Source: a virus
IMG/VR virus record: IMGVR_UViG_3300045988_050969
DNA length: 64,000 bases
Reading direction: 5' to 3' (one strand)
Part shown: positions 24,133-36,909 of the stretch, in pieces
Layout: every line of letters begins with the position of its first letter
Numbering within the stretch: position 1 is the first letter of the stretch
Program-made: the position numbers and the translations under genes
The notes under the pieces: model-generated
Told to the model about the DNA's origin: nothing
Databases searched by the model: none
Seen by the model: the letters and a program-made list of their open reading frames with translations, nothing else

Positions 24133-26402
24133 TATCTTACAAATATTACTGTAGCTGTTATTTCTTTGTATGAAGGGAATGTTCTAGTTATAGTAGCCTA
24201 TACTTCCTGATACGAAGAGGTAGTGTCACTTATTGTTATAGTAGTCTGACCTGCACTTCCGCTAGTTGGAGATACAGTACTATAGTTAGTACCTTGTCCA
24301 ATACGTGCTGTCCACGGTGAGGAACTATTTACTACTGCAGTAGCACTATTGCCACTGACCGTCTAACTAGAAGGTGTTACTGTAAATGTATCAGTTACCC
24401 CCCCCTAGCCCGCCGCTTGAGTTACTGTAACAATACCTTTACTTTTTCCTCCTACTTGTGTAAGAGTAAATGTAGCACTTCTCTATGAAGTTGTTATATT
24501 AGAAGTTATAACTATGCCAGTAGTATTAGTAGTATTACCATAACAAGTAAACCATTTAGAGTCGGTAGAGAATGTATAATCTACAGATTCTTCAGTTTCA
24601 CTACCATCGGAGTGTAGTACTGTTTTGTAAGAATCAACGCTAAAATTAACATTCTATGCTGAACTAGATACATGTATAGAAGAAGGAGAAATTCTCATTC
24701 CATGTGTAGGAATATATTCCTGTTGATATATATTAATATAACATTTTAAACCAGATTCGCCCTAGGTCAATGTAATAGTACCCTGTCTAGGTAAACCACT
24801 TGTATTATGCGCTACAGTGTAACCACCATTACTATCAACTGTTATCCAGCTTACGTTAGCCGAGAAGCTCACATTATCAAAAAATACTCCATTCTTCCTA
24901 CTTACATAAGTATAATCTCCTGACCAGTTAGTAGTCTTTGCTGGTACGTTATTAAACGTAATGCTCTCATATGAGGATGTTTCACCAGATTTTCTGACTC
25001 CTAAATAGTATTCATCTGTAGCTTTAGCATCCTGACTAACATTAACAGTAAGCGTTTTACCAGAACCGCTCTGAGTTAATACTACTTCTCCACTTCTTGC
25101 AGATCCGCTATTATCAGATGCACTGATAGTCACTTTACTACTAGTAGTAGAAGTAGTTATCCAGCTAGGTTTACTAGACACACTCCAAGATTGACTACTA
25201 CCATTCTTAGTAGATATTACAGGTATATTAGCAGCAGTTCCATTAGCAGAAAAATCCCACGGGAAGCTTGCGCTAACATCTGAGGTACTACCATCTTCCC
25301 AAGTAAATACATAATTATCTGCAGGTGGTACGTAACCACTTTGTGATATTGTAGCATAATCTCTCTTACCAGATTCTTCCTATGTAAAGTATACATTTGC
25401 AGATCTAGAAGATGTAGATGAGTTAGAACTTATAGTAAATCTACCATTACTATATGTTGCCCACGAAGGTAATGTACTACTATCTATACTATATCCTAAA
25501 CTGATCTGATTACCATTTACCAACTTATATGAAGTAAAGCCTATATCTCCTGTACCACCACTAGCTCCAACATTAACTTGCCATGGACTAATTGTAAATA
25601 CATACTCAATAGTAGGTTCAGCACCAGCTTGAGTAACTGTACAAGTAGCTGACTTACCACTATAAGATGCAGTAATAGTTGCAGTTCTACTAGATGTAGA
25701 TGTATTCTCTCCCAATGTTAAAGTACTAGGTGAAGAAGTACTGCTAAGACTACCTAAGTTAGTAGACAGTGTAGGATTGCCTGTTTCTTCAGTAACATCT
25801 CCACTAACCCAATATACAGTTCTCTTAGCACTAGCTGTAATACGTGAAGTACCACCATCACTAGATACACTGGTAGGATTAGCTGATACAGATATAGTCC
25901 ATTCTCCATATGAGCTAATAGTATCTCCACTCTGTGATAGACTAATAGTAGCTGTCTTATTAGACTCATTCTGAGTTATAGTAACTGTACCTGTTCTATT
26001 TGAAGTGATTTCATTAGCAGAAGCACTTACTGTAGTTCCACTTAAAGAGAACCCACTACCAGATATAGTAGTAGACTTTAGAGATACATTAGTATTACCG
26101 CTCTATTCTACTCCATCTAATACCTTTCTCTTATAAGAACTAACAGTGAAAGATTTACTACCACCACCAGCTCCAAATGACATGCTAGTAGGAGATACTG
26201 TCAAATAGTAATTCCAAGTCTCTACCTTCTTACGTATATCATCTATCTTTACACATTCGTTAGCTCCATAAGTAGAAGCATTATCAATAACGATTAATGA
26301 ATTAATAGCTAAAATCTAGGTCTTAGTAGGACATTCTGTCCCACTCTTACCTAGACTAAGCTTACTTAATATCATAGAATATGTTGCTATTTCATTACTC
26401 AT
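24132..26402 (-). CDS. BACON/Ig-like repeat tail protein (756 aa, TAG-sense)
   Basis: Track ORFs 25380..25715 and 24762..25181 are co-framed. Repeated signature ...N(S/T)SxSxRSAxIT(V/A)...GxSxTxTVxQxG appears at least 5 times, typical of Bacteroidetes-associated BACON domains. ATG 26400-26402; TAA 24132-24134. Confidence 0.65.
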
Positions 26403-29400
26403 GTTGCTTATTCTTTAAAGTTTCTATTTCAGCTTTAAGCTTTTCAATCTCATCTTTAAGCATCTTAACTCCTTCAATAGCTAATACACCTAACATCTCA
26501 TACTCTACCTTCTTGACCTTAACATACTCTTCACCATCTTTAGTGAATGATTCAAACTGTTCAGGATTCTTTACTTCAGATTTAAGAGTATCACCTTCAG
26601 TTACTATATCTTCAAAACCTAATTCCTCTAAGTTCTATGCTATAGTACCTATTTGCTTCTAATCATTCATTATAAATGATACAGTAGGTATAGAGCATAT
26701 CTAGTCTAAAGTATAATCTAATGGTTTAATATCTGATTTTAAACGAGCATCAGATTCTTTGAAGAAACCACCGGCTGCGTATATTTTTTCAGTAGATGAA
26801 ATACCACCTAACACATGTAGTTTTTGAGGTGGTGTAGTAGTACCACCTATTACAACTCCTCCGCCATTACCACACATTATAATATTTTTGGTTCCATCCA
26901 TATTTCTATGGTTTAAATATAGATGACCAGAGTATGAATTTATTTCATTTGTATGTTCTATATTTATACTACCTGCAGCCTTAATAATATCATCTCCAGC
27001 ATATATAGCCTATTTAGGAGTTATAGTTACTTCTCTAGTTACTCCAGAAGTAGGCATAGCAGCATTGGTTATACTTTGAACTAGATTATCTTTTGAAGCA
27101 CTGGTATACGCATGAACATGGAATGTCTAACATGTTCTTGTCTATTTAAACCACAAATGAACATACCCTTGATGTATAAATGCTTTTATATCACCGAAGC
27201 TAGTTCCGTTGTTGACTCCAGTAGGTTGTAAAATCTCATTATTGTCGTCATAGTTATAAAACTATATTACTGTATCAAATGGAGGTTTACTATCATAAGA
27301 ATTACCAAAAATTCTTACTGTTACCATTGTGTTACCATTAGATGATATTCTTAGTTTTACTAAACAACCCTTATCGTAATTATATGCAGTATATGGGGAG
27401 TATCTTTTATCTAACTCATTAGCATAATTACCTTTATGGAGTAATTTATAATGAGTACCTCCATAATAGAAAGTTGCTCCTTCATCTAAACTATCTACTC
27501 TACCTAATGATATACATGGATGAGTTGTCAGTTTATCATTGTATAAATATGCTCCTAATGAATTTGTATACCCTACTTCTGCAGTTTCTACTTCGTTATT
27601 AACAAACTAGATAAGACCCGTAGTATTAGTACCGCGCAAAGTTAAAGGCTAGCCAGATGAAGTTTGATTTATTGATAATACTCCCGTCATAGTATCCCCA
27701 GCTTTTTTTACAAAAGCAGATGGACTAATACCACCAACTGTGTCAGCATTGCCAGCATTAGCTGGCTTACCAACGCTTACAGTCTATGCACTACCTCCAG
27801 ATGGAGTTACTGTGAAATTACCAGCAGAACCATTAGCAAATGTATAAGTAGTATTAGTATTCTATGCAGGTATACCTAAAGCAGTTATATCAGCTTTAGT
27901 TACAGCAGTAACACTAGCTACATGACTAGTAGAGTCAGTAGAGAACTTATAGAATCCAGATGATTTACTAGGTGCAGAACCAGCAGGATGTACATAGTTA
28001 TTATATGTAGCTCCTTTAGTTAGAGTAAGAGTATCGCCACTAATAGATGCAGTAGTAACAGCATTACCAGAACCAGCTACAGTTACTTTACCAACCTTCT
28101 TAGCTAATTCTGTATTCATAGTAGACTACAGATTGTTGATGTTAGTCTGTAACTGATTATCACCATCTTTTCTAGCTTGAATCTCTACATTCAAATCATT
28201 GATAATATCGTTTGAACTATTCTCAATAAGCTCTTCTATCCTATTTACCTCAGTAGTTACTCTATTATCTAGATTAGTAATTCTATTAGGTATATTAACG
28301 TCTAAGTTCTATTTATCAGTAGCAGTCATTACACCGGCTGCAGATTGTGTAGCAGCAGGTATAGTCTATGACTTAGTAATAGGATTCGCATATGAATTAC
28401 TAGCTGCAGATAAATCAGATTGCTTATAGTTAATAGTTACACTAGTTGCATTTCTAGACGTTGCATCTACACCAGTAACTAGGTTATTAGGTAGTGAATC
28501 AAGCTTATCACCAGGATTCTGTATACTACCAAATTCATTATATAAGTCATCTAATCTGCCTTTATCTATTGCAGACATAGCACCTGCATTAGTAGTTGTA
28601 GCTGATGGTATATCTATATTATCATCCTGTAATGGACCATAATTTAAACCATCTTTAGCTGCATACTTATAGTTAATCTTAACTAATTCACCAGTACTAG
28701 TAGTAGGAGTAAGGTATGAAGTAATCTTAGTAGGCATACTATTTAAAGCATCTCTATTGGCTTTACCTTTATCTCCAGGATATGCAGTACTAGGAGTTTC
28801 ACCTAATGCCAAACTCTAACTAATCTCTAAGTATTGAGTACCAGTCCATCTATATGTTAAGTTAGTATCCTTAGATACATATATCTTACCAGTTTCACCA
28901 ATCTGAGGGAATTGAGCTTTAGTAGAGAACTCTAATACATCATCTACATAAGATGGTAATTGAGCTGCAGGAACCTTACCAGTTGAGTCTAACTCAGCTA
29001 ATCCACCAGGCTGACCTTTAGTACTAATAAAAGCATTTAAACTATTAGTAATAGTAGTATCGCCTGCTTTCCTATCTTCAATTTCTTTCTGTAAAGCATC
29101 TTCTAGTTTATCAGTAACTCCATCAAACTTATTCTCTATACGGTCTATCTCTGCTTCTCTATCTGCAATCTCCTTATCAATCTTATCATCAAGATTATCT
29201 ATTCTATCACTTAGATTAGAGTCAGCTTCCTTTAGGTCTTCAATCTACCCAGGAATAGTAGTATTAAGTTCTACATAATCTTCCTTACTCATAAGACCGT
29301 CCATAGAAGCAGTAGCATTAGCTATACGTATATCCATATAGATATTGTTACCACTCTTAATAGTATTCCAAGATACACAAGGAGTAGCATTCTATCTGAA

Positions 29401-29961
29401 AGTGATGCCATTAGTTACTAAGTCATAAGTAGATGTATTAGTACCATCTTTAAACTTAATATTAGTTAATGCTAAATTACCTATATATACGTACTGTCCA
29501 TTGTCTGTAAGTACTTTAGTACCATCTCCAGTAGTCTTAATTACTGTAGTAGTATATTGTTCTTTACTATAGTTTAATGAACCATCTACAGTAATAGTAT
29601 CAAATACTACTTGAGATATATTATCTGTACCTTCTTCTTTAATAAAATCAGGAGATTCAATGTATATAGTACCACCAACTATAGCTACTTCAGTTGCTAA
29701 GTCTAATCCATTTCTACTAGAATTAATAGTATAGATAAGCTTACCTTCCTCTATAGCTTGCTTTAATGCGTCATAATCTTCTTGACTTACTTTACCATCA
29801 ACGATAGTAGGATCAAAGATATACATAGTCATATCTTTAAACTCTATCATTCGAATCTTACCATTTCTTTCACCATCTTGGAATGGAATCATTTCCTATC
29901 CTGTGACAGCAGTACGTTCTGAAGCTTGACTAATCTTTAAACCTTTAATTCTTGCTATCAT
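26395..29961 (-). CDS. long tail fibre with C-terminal intramolecular chaperone (peptidase S74-like) domain (1188 aa, TAG-sense)
   Basis: Track ORFs 29392..29892, 28366..28812, 27862..28119 and 26701..26901 are all in one frame. Motifs TGKVPAAQLPSYVDDV and GETGKIYVSKDTNLTYRWTG. C-terminal GGFFKESDARLKSDIKPL resembles the S74 autocleavage region. Total is exactly 1189 codons. Confidence 0.65.
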
Positions 29962-30349
29962 TGTCAATCAAATTATTTTCTTTCTACTATTCTAACAGTA
30001 CTACACCGTTATCTTCCCATAACCAAGGATCTGCATCCTCTGTTAACAATGCTAATACATAAGGATCATACAATCCTCTAAAGTATCCATTACCACAACC
30101 ACACTTAATACAATACGGTTTGAGTTTCATAGGTATACCGCTATATAATTGTGGTTTAACCTAATGTAAGTATCTCTTTAGTATTTCAGAATCTATAGGA
30201 GTAGTAACACTAGATGTATTACTAAACTCCAATAAATCTGTTAACTCATTGTATACTATGGTTGCTACAACATCTCTATTGTTCCTAAGTATATTAGTTT
30301 TAAGTATAGAGTTTGTTTTACTGTTTATATATTCTTTTGCTTTATCCAT
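29945..30349 (-). CDS. hypothetical protein; possibly ends at tandem TAG-TAG (29984-29989)
   Basis: Track ORF 30161..30349 continues through TAG 30161-30163. After 58 codons comes TAG-TAG, then 12 more codons to TAA 29945-29947, overlapping the next gene start. Confidence 0.45.
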
Positions 30350-30359
30350 AGTAGTTTAA

Positions 30360-33300
30360 TTAAGCTTCACCAACACAAATACCTCCTACAAAACGCAAAC
30401 CATTTTTAGTACCAGTCCATCCTGTATAAGTACCACTAAGATTAGTTACTGTAATCATACTTCTCATAATATCTATATGAGTATTTACACCGTCAGATAC
30501 AGTCACTCCTAACGGAGATATATATGCCTTATTACCCTAAGAATCATAAGCGGTTACTGAAATAGCGTCTGATGCATCATCGTCTAAAGCTTTTATCTCT
30601 ATTCTAGATGAATCTATGCCAGTAGGATTCTTTAATACTATGGAAGAAGTATTATTATCATAAGTAATGACGATATTATCAAGAGTGCTATTCTTTAATG
30701 AGAAGCTGCCACTATTAATAATAGCATGCTCATCGCTTGTATTTCCTATAGTTATACTATCATTTAATTTCAAGTTACCACTAGTATCTACGCTGAACCA
30801 TTCAGTAAACGGAGACTGAGCCTAACCTAGATGCATACCAGTTGAATCTAGTTTAAACTAATAATCACCTGTAAGCTAGGATATATTATTTTTCTTTATA
30901 TATGTACCTACAGTAGACAGCCCACTAGTATTATTAATCATACTCAATCCGCTACCGTCTAACGTAAGCTTAGTGTCTGCCGTAGTTAACTGTAACTAAC
31001 TGTTCTCAGAATCAGCAGCTAAGTGTATACCTCCAGCTCCAAAGTAAGCTTCACCATTCTCAAAGTCTAACAAGAAATTAGGTCTAAATGAGTTAGAAGT
31101 GTTCATAGGATCTGAAGTATTAATCAAATGATATTCAGAACTATCACCACCACTAGAGTTCTTACCTCTTTGTGAGAACATCAAGTTATTGTTAAATACA
31201 GCTCCACCTACTAATGAGTTAGGTGCAATAAGTAAGTCGGTATATATTGCTTCATAATTCTCTAATACAGTCCATGCACCAGATGTATCTGTAGCAGGTG
31301 ATACATTATTCTATTGTGTACCAATCCAAGTCATAACTGACTTGAGGAAGTAATAATTACCATCACTGGTATCATATACATATGGAGCTTTCTCACCATC
31401 ATTAATATACGGAGTACTAACACTATATATACCCATAGGATAAGCTATTGGCTATTTACCTACTGGATCAGGAGTAATAATACCACCCATAGGATTAGGT
31501 TTAGACCATGCTGACTCTAATTCGTCATCTATTATTCTGGCTTGAGTAAACCATATATAGTTATATTCATCTCCATTAGTAAGCTCAGGTACATCCATAG
31601 ACCAACCTAAACTAGTAATATCTCTAGTCCATTTCATACTGTCATTATATGTACCAGTATAAGTAGTTTCTGTACCTTTACAGTATCTAACTTCATAACC
31701 TACTCCAGGAACACCTGAACCACCATTATCACCAGTCATACCAGTCATATAGTATGGATCGCACCAGTCTTCTATCATAGTATTATCACTACCATTGATA
31801 TAAGCAAAAGTAGCCCATAAGACTTTACCATCACTTAAAGCAGGAGCTGAAGAACTCCAACCAGAAGGATAACGAGTATCTTGGTCTAACGAAGGAGCTG
31901 AACTCCAACTATTGTTTCTAGCAAATCTGTATTCGTAGTAGTTACCATCCGTGCCTTGAACCTTACCTACATTTACCCAGTCACTACCATTCCATACCCA
32001 CAAGAAACCATCAATAACCCAACCGTCTCCTATTTCATTACCACTAGTTGGAAGATCATCTGTAGAATCTAAAGTGCCTTTAATGATAACCCCCTGCCCG
32101 GTTACTTTTACTACAGCTCCCCATTCTATTACTGTACCTGTTTCACCTTGAACTAACGCTATACATTTCCACCATATACCAGTAGACATATCAGGAGTAA
32201 GTACCCAACCATCACCAGGATTATATGGGTCATTGCTAGTAGGCTTTTCAGGTTGAGTCTGACTCTGTTTAAATGCTTCTACTTGATAATTAAAGTTATT
32301 ACCATCAAGACCAGGTACACCTGTAATCAAATAAGGACCTTGCCAACCTCTTTCGTCTTCAGGTAAAGATTCATCAATTACTAATTGATTATCAAAAGTA
32401 ACCAAAGCTTGAATACCCCATATTGCTTCTTTACCAGTTGCAGTAGGCATACCTACACCCCAGATACTACCAGGATTAATATTCAATCTATCTGGATCTC
32501 TAGGTTTAACATCACTACCAGATGTCTTAGTATACATTACTCTAAGATGATTACCGTCTTGACCATTATCTCCATATTTAGCCCATAATGCTGGAGAACT
32601 AAAGTTACCCCATTTATGTGTGTTACCTTTATACTTTCTTTGACTAACCCATTCGTATTGGAATTCTTGTGTTACTCCCTTAGGATCATCTGTCCAAGGT
32701 TGTTTACCAGGAGCTGATTGAGGTATATATTCATCCTGATCTGGATTATTATCTGTAATCTCTGCAGGAGAAGCAGGTAATTTAGTACGCTGATATATAT
32801 ACTCTACGCCATCTCCATCTTTACCATTCACTCCCCATTTGGACCAAATAGTAGGGTCACTCCATTCACTCCAACTGCCATCAGTTTGCAAGTTATGTGA
32901 ACAAACCCATTCACATTGATACGATTCACTGATGCCTGTAGGATGATCAGTCCAACCTTGTCTAATGGCTTCGGTTTGGCTATTACCTGTAGGTTTAGTA
33001 GGAGTAACTAAACTAGTTACAGTGAGTTTATATACAAACTCAATATTACTACCGTCTGCACCATCATGTCCATCTGCTCCTGTAAGACGTACAGGTGTAC
33101 TCCAAGGTACTACTATTGTGCCTTTACTAGAGAAAGTAGCAGTAGACATCCATACATAGCCATTAGGATTACTATCACTACCAGACCAACCTTCAGGATA
33201 TGTAATAGTATTAGTATCGTAATCCCAACTACCACCTACAGGAGTATCGGGTCTTTCTATACTCTTAGTAGACTTATATGCTATTACTACTCTAGTAGTA

Positions 33301-33644
33301 TCCCCATCTATACCTGGTACACCGTCAATACCGTCCTTGCCATCTTTACCATCTTTACCATCTTTACCGTCCTTACCTGCATCTCCTGTTCTACCTGCTG
33401 GTATGCCAAATGAGAATAAGAACTTATCTTTATCTAAAGATACAGATGCTGTAGGAGTACTTGATTCGTATACATCCTTAATTGCAGCCTTAAACTTAGA
33501 ATTACCTATAACTATATCAGCTACTGATTCAAGTGGTAATTTATAGTTATTGTCTTTTTCTGCAGTAACAATGTATTCACTACCTGTAGCTTCAAGCTTC
33601 TCTTCTAAGTCCAATATCTTTACACCATCACATTTTTGTATCAT
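30360..33644 (-). CDS. tail fibre / needle protein with collagen-like (GKD)n segment and repeated Trp-rich modules (1094 aa if read through)
   Basis: Track ORF 31452..33644 ends in TAG (31452-31454) and is co-framed with ORFs 30996..31184 and 30537..30773. TAA at 30360-30362. Contains GKDGKDGKDGKDGKDGIDGVPGIDGD. The N-terminal MIQKCDGVKILDLEE...GSEYIVTAEKDNNYKLP anchor is shared with 21985..22605. Confidence 0.55.
33322..33380 (-). repeat. tandem 9-bp coding repeat (collagen-like Gly-Lys-Asp)
   Basis: ccatcttta/ccgtcctta units repeat about 5 times, encoding GKDGKDGKDGKDGKDG. Confidence 0.8.
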
Positions 33645-33655
33645 ATCTATTTATT

Positions 33656-34354
33656 TTATAATTTACAATAACCATTACTGCAATTTCCTGTACTGCAAGT
33701 ATTATTAGAACAAGAGTAACAAATACCACTAAATAAAGTAGCAGAGTTACGCTCTTTCTCTAAGTGAAGACATTTATCGTTTTCTGTATTGAAACAATCA
33801 CCTTTCTGAGTAAGAATAGCATTGTTACAGCAAGTACTAGCTGCACATTTTGGTTTAATAGATATCTCAAGTAATCTACAGATATCTACATATAATTGTA
33901 AAGCATCGCGATAGTAATCGGATGCTAAAGCATACTCAAGCAGCTATCTCTTAAAGACTACTAACATTATGTTCTGCATAGTCTGATCATCTAAACAAGT
34001 TGAGCAGTGAGTATGTAATTTCCTAATCTCTGCCATATATACAATTGAAGGATTGTAGTATATGCCATGAAAATGTATTTCTTCCTATTCCGTAAAACAT
34101 CTCAAAGTAACATACTTCATATTCCAATCTAATTCTAGAATGTCGTCATTAGTTACAGTTACATTATTATCGGAATCTACTGTAATATTCTCAGAAAAGC
34201 TAATGTTATGTATAGGACTGTCTTCAAGTATGTTCTTTAAATTCCATACTTCATCTATATAAACCTCCTTACTGTAGCTACTAAGATCTACTTCAGTCTC
34301 TATCTTAAAGGTCAGTTTATCACCATCTATTTGTATATTTGTTAATTTGTCCAT
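33656..34354 (-). CDS. Cys-rich hypothetical protein (232 aa, two TAG)
   Basis: Track ORF 34085..34354 ends in TAG (34085-34087). The same frame continues to TAA 33656-33658. C-terminal half has 16 Cys (CAASTCCNN...CYSCSNNTCSTGNCSNGYCKL). Confidence 0.5.
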
Positions 34355-34363
34355 ATATCAACA

Positions 34364-34403
34364 ATAAAAAAAGTGGAGAGTGGAATATTCCACAACTCCA
34401 CTT
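34364..34403 (-). terminator. strong rho-independent terminator (minus strand)
   Basis: Minus strand reads GTGGAG-TTGTGGAATATTCCAC-TCTCCAC followed by TTTTTTTATT, directly after gene 34456..35430. Confidence 0.75.
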
Positions 34404-34455
34404 CTGTAGTTTGTAAAAGGAATGTTTATCCCAAATTCAATCTCTCTAACGTGGA

Positions 34456-35430
34456 TTAGGCAATTGTCTTACCAGCAATAAATGACTGAATACCTTTATC
34501 TACGATAGAATCAACTAAACTAGGACAATAAACTTCCGTAGTCAACGGAGTAGTCTTGATATACTGATTATCATTGCTCAAGTACAGGTTATCATTTTCA
34601 ATAATAGCGTAGTCATATTCTGTACCTTCAACAGTCTTACGAATCTGTTCTACTTCAGGATATGCGCCAGTAAATACATGACCTTTATAACCCATGTTAC
34701 GTACTTCTGCGTCACGTACCTGTTTCCAATAACCCTTACCAGGATTACCTGCAGTCTTTTCAATCTTAGCACCAACAACGGCTTTAGGCTGATTAGCGAG
34801 TAATGCACCAGGAATAGTTTCGTACAGAGAAGCTTCCATAGATACAACGCTGTATTCATTTAAAGAATAAACGCCTTCATTATCATCCTTCGGCATAGCA
34901 GTCAAAGTCAGAACTGCAGCAGAAGCAGAAGCCTGTACTCTACGGTTCTTGTGTGCGTTAATCTTCTTCAAGAAAGCGTCTACTAAGTCTTTAGCAGTAG
35001 TAGTTTCAGCATATACTTCATAAGTATGAGTAAACTGGAAGTTGTTTACTTCAAAATCCTTATAAACAATACGCAAAACGTAACGATTACCAGCAATGAT
35101 AGTAGCGTTAGTTAAAGTGATTACAATCTTTTCTTCAACAGGAGCTACATATTCGCCAATTACTGCAGACGGTTTAGAAGCTTTCTGAATTTCAGTAGAG
35201 AAATCAATATTAGCTTTCTGTGCTACTGTACCATCAGGCATAGTAACATTCATCTTTTCACCTGCTACACCTACATACAGAGAGTTAGCATTTACTGCAT
35301 CAGCAGCAGTCTTAATAAGAGCCTTATTCTCATCGAACAAAGCAACATCACCAACAGCCAAAGCATCTACTGTAGTGTAAGAAGCCGGAGCTTGTTTTCC
35401 GATTAATACGGAGTGTACTGATTGTAACAT
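34456..35430 (-). CDS. abundant virion structural protein candidate (capsid-auxiliary or similar), TAG-free
   Basis: Intact 324-aa ORF with less AT-rich codon usage. It has its own roughly 100-nt upstream non-coding region and a strong terminator downstream. Confidence 0.7.
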   Translation of the reverse strand: MLQSVHSVLIGKQAPASYTTVDALAVGDVALFDENKALIKTAADAVNANSLYVGVAGEKMNVTMPDGTVAQKANIDFSTEIQKASKPSAVIGEYVAPVEEKIVITLTNATIIAGNRYVLRIVYKDFEVNNFQFTHTYEVYAETTTAKDLVDAFLKKINAHKNRRVQASASAAVLTLTAMPKDDNEGVYSLNEYSVVSMEASLYETIPGALLANQPKAVVGAKIEKTAGNPGKGYWKQVRDAEVRNMGYKGHVFTGAYPEVEQIRKTVEGTEYDYAIIENDNLYLSNDNQYIKTTPLTTEVYCPSLVDSIVDKGIQSFIAGKTIA

Positions 35431-35527
35431 ATTAAAATATTAAAATTAAATTAGACATTAGCGCTTAGTCTATTCGCTTACTTTCTACTTTCATTATTTC
35501 AGATTTCCACGGCCGTAAGCGCCTTAA

Positions 35528-36196
35528 TTATTCGTCCTAAGATTTCTTAGAACTAGTATTAGGTATAGTTTGCACTATCATTTGAACTGCTAGATCAACT
35601 ATATCCTAATGTGTATTTTCTGGAAGATCTGTATATTCTTTAGTAAGATCACTTACATTACCCAGATCTTTTGCTTTTCTTAAATAGGTAAGCTAATATG
35701 AACTTATATCATAATTACCATCAGTATATAATACAATTTTATTGTCAGTATATACTCTAATAGGTTTTGCTTGATTATAACGCAATTTATGATCTGATAG
35801 ACTATTACTTAGTCTAGAGCTTACTGTCTCTATTGTAGCCTCTATTACATCAGATTCACGAGTAATTAAGTTATTGCATTTATTATCCTTTATACTTATG
35901 TATACATTTTCACCAAGTGCAAACATATAATCTTCAGGATAATCAGTTTCCCATTTATTACCTAATTTACTAAAGCTATAAGTAGTATAGCTCTTAGTAT
36001 TTACTAAAGTACGTATGTTATCAGTAATCTCTTGATTTCTCTAGAATACTCTAAAGTTCTGTTTAACATATTCGTCTTTAGCTTTGTTTATGAAATGAAA
36101 CAAAGTATCTGAAGGAAACTTAATAGTATCATTATAGTTTGTTATAATGTTATTCAGTTGCCTTTCTACATTTATTTGAAAATCTCTTTCGCGCAT
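35528..36196 (-). CDS. head/neck-module protein, unknown function (222 aa, TAG-sense)
   Basis: Track ORF 35693..35926 extended through TAG (35693-35695 and others). ATG 36194-36196; TAA 35528-35530. Confidence 0.55.
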
Positions 36197-36198
36197 AA

Positions 36199-36909
36199 TT
36201 ATTCAGATACTTGGTTTAACTAAAATTTAGAAGATTGTCTTTGAGATTCTATATTCTCTAAAGCAATTACTACAGCTCTATTAATAATCTCATACATGAC
36301 ATCTTCAGGAAAATCTAATTCTTGTTCAGGTTTAGTATAATCAAACTTAGTTGGTTTCTTAACATAAGTGAGATCTACTCTATAGAACTCTGTATTATCT
36401 TCTACTCTTGGAGCATACATAGGATCCTGCATTAAAACAGGATCTACATATACTAAGAGTTTATCATTTTCTAAAGTAGCTACTGGATTCTCTACCCAAG
36501 GTATATTATTATAAGTCTGCTTAAAAGGCTTTACTAACTCATGGCTAGTAAGTACACAGTTAGTCTAGAATTGTCCATACTTAAGTAATACACTAAGTAT
36601 AGTCATTCTATTATCTTCATCATGAACATCTTCTAATGCATACTCATTGTAGTCTGTATGTACAGCATGAAGGTTAACATCTGTAGCTATTAACTTCTCT
36701 ATTTCAGATAAGTTAGATACAGAACCTTCTAAACCTACTCTTAAAGCATTGTTACCAGTAATCTTATTACTTAAGATTTCCAACTATGCTTGATTAAGAA
36801 ATAAGTCTACTTCTTCATCTAAGAATGCTGGGCATCCACCATAAGCAATACCTTCTGCATTCTTATCCAGAACTACCTTGAAAATTATATGAGAATCTTT
36901 ATTAGTCAT
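36199..36909 (-). CDS. head/neck-module protein, unknown function (236 aa, TAG-sense)
   Basis: Track ORFs 36565..36783 and 36220..36432 are co-framed. TAG at 36220-36222. ATG 36907-36909 overlaps the upstream TAA. TAA stop at 36199-36201. Confidence 0.55.

Noticed and set aside
33322-33380. Short tandem repeats that might be a CRISPR array or VNTR
   Set aside because: The 9-bp units are in-frame codons for a collagen-like GKD repeat with no spacers. The larger repeats at 57584-60400 are not regular repeat-spacer arrays.
1378-33546. Plus-strand track ORFs within the late module (e.g. 1378..1596, 3568..3765, 4662..4919, 9240..9542, 14709..15026, 18627..18866, 20918..21259, 22205..22450, 26381..26662, 33066..33413)
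   Set aside because: They lie antisense to long co-framed minus-strand genes. They have Leu/Ile/Ser/Phe-rich shadow composition, and many start with non-ATG codons.
34650-34859. Nested minus-strand ORF inside 34456..35430
   Set aside because: It is an alternative frame of a strongly biased, intact 324-aa gene, with implausible composition.
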